Positions 16,817-23,921 of a DNA stretch of 24,845 nt are shown here, piece after piece. The notes under the pieces were generated by a model. It saw only the letters and a list, made by a program, of their open reading frames with translations. It was not told where the DNA came from and did not search any database. The stretch's first letter is position 1, and each line of letters starts with the position of its first letter. Made by a program: the position numbers and the translations under genes. Source of the DNA: an uncultured bacterium (GTDB taxonomy: Bacteria > UBP7 > UBA6624); contig CAXGSM010000017.1 in the NCBI GenBank assembly GCA_964012435.1, positions 1 to 24,845 on the forward strand, read 5' to 3'.

Positions 16817-17866
16817 TTACACAGGAAATAATGCAATTTTTCCAGAAACCCCTTTTTCCATTAAATGAAAAGCTTTTTTATATTCTTCGATTTTAAAACT
16901 ATGTGTTAATAATTTTTTTGGATCAAATCCTTTCTCGTAAATCAAATCATCAACATGATTCCACGTATCCCAAATCAATCTGCCTGTTATTCCGTTAATA
17001 GTTAAACCTTTGAATATGACATTTTCATTTAAAGATAAATTGACTGTTGACGGAAATAATCCAAGAAGTGCGACTGATCCACCATTTGAAATTGATGCTA
17101 ATCCATCATTCAAAGCTTGATTTGATCCTGAAATCTCAAGAAGAACATCAAACATTCTTCCTTTTGTTTTATCTTCGATAAAAGAATGTAAATTTTGATC
17201 CTTTGGATCAATAACATGGTCAGCACCTAAACTAAGAGCTTTTTCTCTTCTTTCAGGCTGCAGTTCACTTACAAAAATTTGACCTGCACCAAAAGCTCTT
17301 GCTGCAGCGATCGTCATAAGCCCTAGTGGACCTGCTCCCGTTATCAACACTGTCTTGCCTACTATTGGTTGTGTCATAACTGTTTGAACGGCATTACCCA
17401 AAGGCTCCTTTAAACTGGCAGTTACAGGGTCTGTCCCTTCACGAGCCTTCCAACAATTATCAACTGGAACAGTCAGCCATTCGGCAAAAGATCCATTTTT
17501 ATGAAATCCTAAAATTTCACCAGAAGAACAAAGATGCTTTTTCCCATTTTTACAAGGTGAACATGAGCATCCAGCAAATAAATGAGTTTCCACAGAGACT
17601 AAATCTCCAATTTTTAAATTCAATTTTGACAAATTAACATTTGGGCCACAATCAACAATTTGCCCACAGGTTTCATGACCGACCACCAATGGTAATCTTG
17701 GTACAAAATCATCAGCCCACTGATTCCATTCCCACAAATGCAAATCAGAACCACATATTGTGGAAACTTGAGTTTTTAATAAAACCTCATTTTCTTTTGG
17801 GATGGGAGCATCAATATCAAGAAGATCAAAACCTTGATGTTTAGATGTTTTTAATAAAGCTTTCAT
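16817..17866 (-). CDS. tdh: L-threonine 3-dehydrogenase (Zn-dependent MDR family)
   Basis: ICGSDLH..WNQWA, GHE, VSVETH, Cys cluster, EPLGNAV, GAGPLG and IFKGLTINGITGR; adjacent to kbl. Confidence 0.92.
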   Translation of the reverse strand: MKALLKTSKHQGFDLLDIDAPIPKENEVLLKTQVSTICGSDLHLWEWNQWADDFVPRLPLVVGHETCGQIVDCGPNVNLSKLNLKIGDLVSVETHLFAGCSCSPCKNGKKHLCSSGEILGFHKNGSFAEWLTVPVDNCWKAREGTDPVTASLKEPLGNAVQTVMTQPIVGKTVLITGAGPLGLMTIAAARAFGAGQIFVSELQPERREKALSLGADHVIDPKDQNLHSFIEDKTKGRMFDVLLEISGSNQALNDGLASISNGGSVALLGLFPSTVNLSLNENVIFKGLTINGITGRLIWDTWNHVDDLIYEKGFDPKKLLTHSFKIEEYKKAFHLMEKGVSGKIALFPV

Positions 17867-17904
17867 TAACTCTAATTCTATTTTCGAATGACGAATTTGG
17901 GAAT

Positions 17905-17976
17905 AGCCAGCGGAGGGATTCGAACCCCCGACCTACGGTTTACAAAACCGCAGCTCTACCACTGAGCTACGCTGGC
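17905..17976 (-). tRNA. tRNA-Thr(UGU), CCA not encoded
   Basis: Minus strand GCCAGCGTAGCTCAGTGGTAGAGCTGCGGTTTTGTAAACCGTAGGTCGGGGGTTCGAATCCCTCCGCTGGCT: acceptor stem GCCAGCG/CGCTGGC, D arm GCTC/GAGC, anticodon loop TT-TGT-AA, T loop TTCGAAT, discriminator U. Confidence 0.97.
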
Positions 17977-17987
17977 GAATGATTAAA

Positions 17988-20900
17988 CTACGGTGAATAA
18001 ACTGATAAAAAACCAGAGGAGTCGACAAGGAAAACATATCCCCCAACAATAATTGGTGAAGCGAAGATTGGAGATCCAGTTTGTATTGTTCCAGCTAACC
18101 TGAAACCACTATCCTTTTCATATCTGAACAAGTTGCCATCATCTCCACCGATGTAAATAACTCCATGCTCTTCATCTAAGGCTAGAGATGATCTTACAAA
18201 ATCATTAGCAGCATTGTTCCAGCCATCTAAACTTGTACCATTGAAATCCCAAATATCATTGGCCATGATGAAAGGTTGTGCAACAAGTCTACCGTTTTCT
18301 ATAGGTGCAAAAATAAAACCTTCATTATTGTTTTCATTAAAGGAGACACTTATTGAATTAGTAATGCTACCAAAACCAAGCTGGATACTTTTATCAAAAC
18401 CACCTTCTGATTCAAGGTTTAACACCCAAACAGATCCATTTGTAGTGCCGAAAAGCACTCTATTTTCAATAAAAGTTGGGACACCAGTAGGGAATTCATT
18501 GTTTCCTAAAAGAACGGAACCTCCCCATAGTGGCAAAATATTTTCAGGATCTGAAACATCCCAAGCGGTCACTCTTCCAGCACCACCAGCATAATAGCCA
18601 CCAACTAAATAAGTTTTTCCTGCATGGGTGTGGATTCCTAAACTGGTGTTGAAGAATGCTTGCTGCTCAATGCTTAAACCAACCTCTATTTTGTTTAAAG
18701 AAATATTATTAAGATCATCAAGCATCAGCTGACCGATCATTAAGTCATCTGTCGGTTCCATCTCTAAATCTTGACTCCAATGAACACCATCACATAAGCT
18801 GAAAGACCCTCCATCAAATTCACAATTGTTAATCATTGGGATGTAGATTACTCTATTAACGGAATCGTAAGCAGAAGAATTGGAGCTTAACTTTCTTGAA
18901 AGATTAACACTTTCATTTGAAAACCTATCTTCCCATCTATCTTTAAGCATAACACTCAATCTACCAACTTCCTCTAACTGGTCTCCATTTTCTTTCAAAA
19001 GATAGCCTAAACCAGTTAAGCTAGTTGCCCAAACAAGTCCATTGTCCATGAGGATTGGAGTAGTTAAGATTTCATTACCGCCAATATTGTAAGAAAAACG
19101 ATACATGCCATCTGCAGCCCTTAAGCCGACTAAATTACCATCCAAATCGCCTAACCACAAAGTTCCATTAGATATAGATGGAGATGAAGAAACGCCAGCA
19201 GGCATTCGATAATTCCATCTTTCTTGAACGGAGCCCATTCCAGGTCCTGAACCATAAAAACCAGTAGAGCTAGAGTTACCTCTCTTGCTTGCCCACACTA
19301 ATGGGGAATCGCCAAAATCAAAAGATGGCTCTTCTCCTAGTGCATACACAGAACCATCTTGACCTGTGAAAAACACCTTACCTCCCATTACGGAAGGAGA
19401 AGATATTATTGGATCTGATGTGCTGTTTTGACCAGCATTCATCTGATCAGTTCCAATAGGGTAACGTTCGAGCTCTTCTATTTCACCAGTCGTATCATTT
19501 CTGGAAAGCATCAAGAGTAAACCCCTAGGAATACCGTAAGTGAAAGGATCAGGTTCAACTAAAATCTCAAAACATGTCATGTAAAGATATGGATAAGCAG
19601 TTGAACTAGCTGAAACAGCTGGTGTATTCAAACAAGTTAAATTTTGAGCATCTGGACTGGCTGCAGGAAGAAAAGTACTCTCTATCAAAGATTCAGCGCC
19701 AGGGTCAACAGCAATAACTCTACTGTCTCTTAGGAAGAAATACAAATCTCCTTCAAAATAAACAGGGGAAGTTACAACAGGTGAGTTTGTTGAGAAAAAT
19801 GGATTTAAAGATGTGGAAGCCTCATAAGGATCAACAGCGTCCCACATCCAAACATCTCCACCTTCTGTTGCAACAGCAACAGTTGGCTGTGCACCTAAAA
19901 GAAATACCGCAGGAGTAGTGGTGATTGCATCTGAAGTATTCCATGTGTGCATTATTTGACCATCAGAAAGCCTAACTGCATAAAGGAAGCCAGCATCAGT
20001 GCCAACAAAAGCAGTAGCATCATTGAGGTCTGAAAGTGAAGCATTGTCTCCAACAATTCCATCAAAAATGGAAACTCCACCTACTATCCTGCCCTGAAGC
20101 TCTGTTTCCCATAAAACCCTATTGGTTCCACATGTTAAACAAGAATTAGATGTTAAACCAACCAATTTTCCTGAAAGGGTTCCGACAACAAGAACACCAT
20201 AAGAATAAGCTGGAGTACCAGATATAGAACTACCTATATTTGTACCCCATAAATAACTTCCGGAAGCTAAATCTAAAGCCTTAATTGTTCCTGTTTGAGA
20301 TGCAACCATAATTGTTCCATCACCTATAACGGGATTTCCGATCATGTTTTCTGAAAGTTGCTCGGCCCATAATTGAGTTCCACTATTCGCATCAAAAGCA
20401 CGAGTTAGACCTTCAGCTTCTGAAATGATGACTCGACCCCCAGCGCCTTCTGATGATAAAGCTGGGGAAACAGGTCCGGGATTTTCTCCGGAGAGTTTCC
20501 AAACCTGATTCAAGTCTGAAGGAGGTGGTCCTAAGTCACCACTGGAAGCTCGACCTGTGTTTTCAGAAGAGCCCTGATAAGACAGCCAATCAGAAGTGTA
20601 ATTTGGTCTTGTGTTGATTGTCTCAAAACCAGAATAACTCATTGATGGGCTTGTTCCATCAGCTCTAACTATACAGTTGTGATTAGTGCTATTGGGCACC
20701 TTCATCCAAACTATATTGGATGTTGAATTTTCTTCATTCAGCATCAACCCATTATCATTTGGATAAAACTCAACATCAATACAGCTGCTTGTCCAATCAT
20801 AATTAATGTTATCTACTGCATTTGAAACTGCTTTTAAAAAGATTATTGCTCCTGGGTTAGGGTCTCCCGTTGAGGATATAACAACCAAATCTGAACTAGA

Positions 20901-21053
20901 GACTCCGCCGCCCCCTCCGGTGCCGCCGCCTATGCCGGTGTTACCACCACCGGTACCTCCTCCAATAGGGTCTGAAGAATCACCTCCATCACAACTGGAA
21001 AAACAAAAAACTAAACAAGCAAGGTAAAACAATCTAATCAATTTCATTTTCAA
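17988..21053 (-). CDS. Large acidic lipoprotein with two tandem PQQ-like/BamB-like beta-propeller domains, an N-terminal Gly-rich linker and a probable beta-sandwich domain
   Basis: Lipobox FSSC and repeated blade motifs (AFDANSGTQLW, ALDLASGSYLW, AVRLSDGQIMHTW, GLRAADG, SSP..). Two propeller-leader motifs: WLSYQGSSENTG and WASKRGNSSSTG. Confidence 0.8.
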   Translation of the reverse strand: MKMKLIRLFYLACLVFCFSSCDGGDSSDPIGGGTGGGNTGIGGGTGGGGGVSSSDLVVISSTGDPNPGAIIFLKAVSNAVDNINYDWTSSCIDVEFYPNDNGLMLNEENSTSNIVWMKVPNSTNHNCIVRADGTSPSMSYSGFETINTRPNYTSDWLSYQGSSENTGRASSGDLGPPPSDLNQVWKLSGENPGPVSPALSSEGAGGRVIISEAEGLTRAFDANSGTQLWAEQLSENMIGNPVIGDGTIMVASQTGTIKALDLASGSYLWGTNIGSSISGTPAYSYGVLVVGTLSGKLVGLTSNSCLTCGTNRVLWETELQGRIVGGVSIFDGIVGDNASLSDLNDATAFVGTDAGFLYAVRLSDGQIMHTWNTSDAITTTPAVFLLGAQPTVAVATEGGDVWMWDAVDPYEASTSLNPFFSTNSPVVTSPVYFEGDLYFFLRDSRVIAVDPGAESLIESTFLPAASPDAQNLTCLNTPAVSASSTAYPYLYMTCFEILVEPDPFTYGIPRGLLLMLSRNDTTGEIEELERYPIGTDQMNAGQNSTSDPIISSPSVMGGKVFFTGQDGSVYALGEEPSFDFGDSPLVWASKRGNSSSTGFYGSGPGMGSVQERWNYRMPAGVSSSPSISNGTLWLGDLDGNLVGLRAADGMYRFSYNIGGNEILTTPILMDNGLVWATSLTGLGYLLKENGDQLEEVGRLSVMLKDRWEDRFSNESVNLSRKLSSNSSAYDSVNRVIYIPMINNCEFDGGSFSLCDGVHWSQDLEMEPTDDLMIGQLMLDDLNNISLNKIEVGLSIEQQAFFNTSLGIHTHAGKTYLVGGYYAGGAGRVTAWDVSDPENILPLWGGSVLLGNNEFPTGVPTFIENRVLFGTTNGSVWVLNLESEGGFDKSIQLGFGSITNSISVSFNENNNEGFIFAPIENGRLVAQPFIMANDIWDFNGTSLDGWNNAANDFVRSSLALDEEHGVIYIGGDDGNLFRYEKDSGFRLAGTIQTGSPIFASPIIVGGYVFLVDSSGFLSVYSP
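20904..20966 (-). repeat. Gly-rich linker containing two IGGGTGGG units
   Basis: IGGGTGGGNTGIGGGTGGGGG, encoded with varied codons, forming a local GC-rich patch. Confidence 0.7.
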
Positions 21054-21062
21054 AACCTTACC

Positions 21063-21068
21063 ATTATA
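21063..21068 (-). promoter_or_regulatory. Putative -10 element TATAAT for the propeller lipoprotein gene
   Basis: Consensus TATAAT on the minus strand in the 25-bp gap, 9 nt before TTG 21053. AT-rich context lowers significance. Confidence 0.4.
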
Positions 21069-21078
21069 TGAGGAAATG

Positions 21079-22185
21079 TTAACTTATGTTCATTTTTAAA
21101 CCAAATAAAGGTCTTAATATTCTCAATTTACTTATCAAAAATTCATAAGACAATAGACAGCCTGCAAAGGTCAGCAGAACAACAAGAAAAAATTTTAAAA
21201 AGGCATTAATTTCCATTGGCAATACAAAATAACATGCAATATTCATGAATAACATATGCGTAATGTATACCGGATAAGCAGCTGGTGAAAGGTAGGAAAA
21301 AAGTTTGTTTTTCTGGTTGAGGAAAGAGTAAGAATAACCAAAAATTGAAAACATCCACATGCAGGATTCAATAGCCATTAACCAAGGTGGGTTGACCATT
21401 GGTTCACCCCACAGCACTCTAGCCAAGTATAAACATCCAGCAAAAATAAACATATTATTCTTGTGTGATTTAACGATATTCCAAAAACCATTACCTGTAA
21501 AAATAAAAATAAAACCGCTTAAAAAGCACAACCAACCCATTACAAAACCATGAAGAGAACCTGCATAAAGTTCAAAAGCAACCCTGCCAAACCTCCAGGA
21601 GTTAACAAATACTTCGGCCTCTAAAGCAAACAAAGCAACCAACACTATTAAGCCATATATACTGCCTGTTAAAAATTTTGTTAATTTAGCAATGCTTGAG
21701 TTTGAATTCTTCTTGAGATAAAACAATAATGGAGAACTACAAATAGTATATAAAAATATATTTACTAGAAACCACAAATGACCGGGGTTTGCAGAATATT
21801 GAGAAAAAATAACATGATTTGAATTTTTACTCATCAAAAAAACATCCCAACCTAATGGTGTAACCACCATGCTTCCAAAGATTAATGGCAAAAGTATTCT
21901 TAAAGACCTCTCTGACATCAAGCCTTCAAAGCTACGTTTTTGCATAGAAAATGCAACTCCCATGCCTGAAACAACAAATAAAATTGGAATTCTCCAAACA
22001 TTAATCAAACCAGAAAAAAGCCAGAGTGACTCTATGGGATCTTGATTTTGAAAAAAACCAGGTATAAGCGATCCCCAGGGCTGAAAAACAATGGTGATAT
22101 GGTAAATAATTAACAATCCAATAGCGATGACCCTCAAGGCATCAATGTCATGCCTTCTTGCTTGATTCTTTTTTTCTAGGATCAA
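21079..22185 (-). CDS. Acyltransferase family 3 membrane protein (OpgC/MdoC-like)
   Basis: RRHDIDALRV..H, WRIPILFVVSG, RILLPLIFG, HLWFL and AYPVYITH motifs; about 10 TM segments. Confidence 0.88.
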   Translation of the reverse strand: MILEKKNQARRHDIDALRVIAIGLLIIYHITIVFQPWGSLIPGFFQNQDPIESLWLFSGLINVWRIPILFVVSGMGVAFSMQKRSFEGLMSERSLRILLPLIFGSMVVTPLGWDVFLMSKNSNHVIFSQYSANPGHLWFLVNIFLYTICSSPLLFYLKKNSNSSIAKLTKFLTGSIYGLIVLVALFALEAEVFVNSWRFGRVAFELYAGSLHGFVMGWLCFLSGFIFIFTGNGFWNIVKSHKNNMFIFAGCLYLARVLWGEPMVNPPWLMAIESCMWMFSIFGYSYSFLNQKNKLFSYLSPAAYPVYITHMLFMNIACYFVLPMEINAFLKFFLVVLLTFAGCLLSYEFLISKLRILRPLFGLKMNIS

Positions 22186-22763
22186 TTACCTAATACTGTC
22201 CAGGGTGCAAGAACTTCCAAAATTTCAAATGTTTGTTTTTTCAAAGGCATACCATCAAAAAAATCACACGCTTCCAGCACATAAGAACCTGTTTGAGTTT
22301 TGATTGGGATAGATATAAGGGTTTTCCCTTCGGCCCACATATTCTCTTTTACAGCTATTGAACAATCCTCTAAATCGAAAATCCTTATCTTGCCGATGAC
22401 ATTAGTTGAACCTGCAATTTCTTTACCTATGCGTAAAGGCTCTAAATTTATTTTTTTTGTCGCACTAAACTGAAACACAGGATTCATTAATTCCTCTTCT
22501 TCTTGCCATAACACCAAATGTTTTAACTTCAAAAAAGATGCTAATTCAGACAATGTCTCCTTATTCTCCAAAGTTCCATTTAAAAGATTTTCGGTCCATA
22601 GACTTATGAATGCAAAAGCCTTAGCAGTTTCTTTATGTTTTGAATTTTCTGTTTTTAACCTAAAGATTTCTTCTTGAAGTTCTGTTATCTTGCTGGGGAC
22701 TTTATCAATTTTTTGCTGGATCTTTTTTATAGGATCCTCATAATCCCTATTTAAAACATTCAA
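22182..22763 (-). CDS. Hypothetical protein with an N-terminal coiled coil and a possibly GAF-like C-terminal domain
   Basis: Heptad-like IKKIQQKIDK..ITELQEEIFRLKTEN. The C-terminal KTLISIPI..YVLEA..FEILEVLA resembles the end of a GAF fold (weak). Confidence 0.6.
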   Translation of the reverse strand: MNVLNRDYEDPIKKIQQKIDKVPSKITELQEEIFRLKTENSKHKETAKAFAFISLWTENLLNGTLENKETLSELASFLKLKHLVLWQEEEELMNPVFQFSATKKINLEPLRIGKEIAGSTNVIGKIRIFDLEDCSIAVKENMWAEGKTLISIPIKTQTGSYVLEACDFFDGMPLKKQTFEILEVLAPWTVLGN

Positions 22764-22772
22764 TTTAAAAAC

Positions 22773-23882
22773 CTATAAGCCACCAGTGTAGGTGTTTTTG
22801 GCTTTTCTTACACCCGAAGCTCTTTGCAAAAGGATTTTAAAATCATGGGGGCTGGTTGCTGCAGCAAGCGCAGTGTCGTGTTCTATCTTCTCGCTGGTGT
22901 AAAGTTCCAAAAGATGCTGGTCAAATGTTTGCATGCCGTCCAGTTCGTCTTCTTCCATGATTGTATTGAGCATTGACAATTCAGGCTCTTCTGAAATTTT
23001 CTCAGAAACCCTTGCATTACAAATCAAAATTTCACATGCAGGAACCCTTCCACCACCAACCCTCGGTAACAACCTTTGAGAAATAATAGCCTGGAGGGTT
23101 GTTCCCAGCATGATTTTTATTTGTTGTTGAAAATCAGCAGGGAAATACTCAACAATCCTGTTAATTGTTTGTACAACATTTAATGTATGCAATGTTGAAA
23201 AAACAAGATGTCCCGTAATTCCAGCCTTAAGTGCAGCAGAAATTGTCTCCTGATCTCTCATTTCACCAATGAGAATAACGTCAGGGTCTTCACGCATTGC
23301 AACCTTTAATCCAGAACCAAAATCATCCGTATCAAGGCCTATCTCTCTCTGGTTAACAATTGATTTTCTATCAAAAAGACTATACTCAATAGGGTCCTCT
23401 AAGGTCAATATATGGTCACTTCTCTCTTCGTTTATTTTTGACAACAATGCAGCTAAGGTTGTTGATTTTCCCGAACCTGTAGTCCCTGTAACTATTGCTA
23501 TACCTCTTTTAAGATTCCATAAATTGGCAATTGCATGTGGTAATTTCAACTGATCAAAAGAAGGTACTTCAGGCTTAATAAAACGAATTGCAAAAGCAGG
23601 AGTTCCTTTTTGTCTAAAAAAGTTTACACGGAATCTACCTTCTGCATTTGGTAGCTGATAAGAAAAGTCATATTCATCATGCTCCTCAAGAACATGTTCT
23701 CTTTTTGCAGTCAAAAGCTCTCGGCCTAACTTAAGAACATCTGCCTCAGTTAGGATGGGTAATTCTGTTGGCGTTAAAGAACCATCGATCCTCATGTAAG
23801 GTGGACGTTCTGTACCTATATGCAAATCAGAAGCATCCCTGTCAACTGTCATTTGTAATAAATCATTTGCTGAAATTACCAT
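22773..23882 (-). CDS. pilT: Type IV pilus retraction ATPase, PilT/PilU family
   Basis: ASDLHI, RFRVNFF, Walker A GTTGSGKSTT, TLEDPIEY, QREIG.DT, REDPDVILIGEMRD, His box TGHLVFSTLH and GMQTFDQ. Start set at ATG 23882, downstream of GGAGG at 23892-23896. Confidence 0.9.
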   Translation of the reverse strand: MVISANDLLQMTVDRDASDLHIGTERPPYMRIDGSLTPTELPILTEADVLKLGRELLTAKREHVLEEHDEYDFSYQLPNAEGRFRVNFFRQKGTPAFAIRFIKPEVPSFDQLKLPHAIANLWNLKRGIAIVTGTTGSGKSTTLAALLSKINEERSDHILTLEDPIEYSLFDRKSIVNQREIGLDTDDFGSGLKVAMREDPDVILIGEMRDQETISAALKAGITGHLVFSTLHTLNVVQTINRIVEYFPADFQQQIKIMLGTTLQAIISQRLLPRVGGGRVPACEILICNARVSEKISEEPELSMLNTIMEEDELDGMQTFDQHLLELYTSEKIEHDTALAAATSPHDFKILLQRASGVRKAKNTYTGGL

Positions 23883-23902
23883 AATTAAAAACCTCCAAAA
23901 CA

Positions 23903-23908
23903 ATTATA
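23903..23908 (-). promoter_or_regulatory. Putative -10 element TATAAT upstream of the pilT ribosome-binding site
   Basis: TATAAT 6 nt upstream of GGAGG in the short intergenic gap. Confidence 0.4.
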
Positions 23909-23921
23909 TACAAGTAAAAAT

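Noticed and set aside
17867..17904. Small hairpin TTCG-TCATT-CGAA between the tRNA and tdh as a terminator
   Set aside because: The stem is only 4 bp with no U-tract, too weak to call.
17905..21053. tRNA-Thr as an integration site for an island containing the somewhat more GC-rich propeller gene
   Set aside because: No integrase and no duplicated tRNA 3' end were seen. The gene lies on the tRNA's 5' side, and its Gly/Ser/Pro-rich composition can explain the GC shift.
290..23553. The many short ORFs antisense to or nested in longer genes (for example 290-592, 2317-2520, 8168-8506, 11218-11514, 18214-18594, 20806-21027, 23269-23553)
   Set aside because: They are shadow frames of well-supported genes. 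The Pro-rich 20806-21027 ORF is just the reverse complement of the Gly linker.
23875..23885. Partial matches to the 14-mer site (ATTACCATAAT at the pilT start; TTACCAT at 21058-21064)
   Set aside because: Only the right half-site matches. The first is explained by the codons ATG GTA ATT, so it is not enough to extend the regulon.
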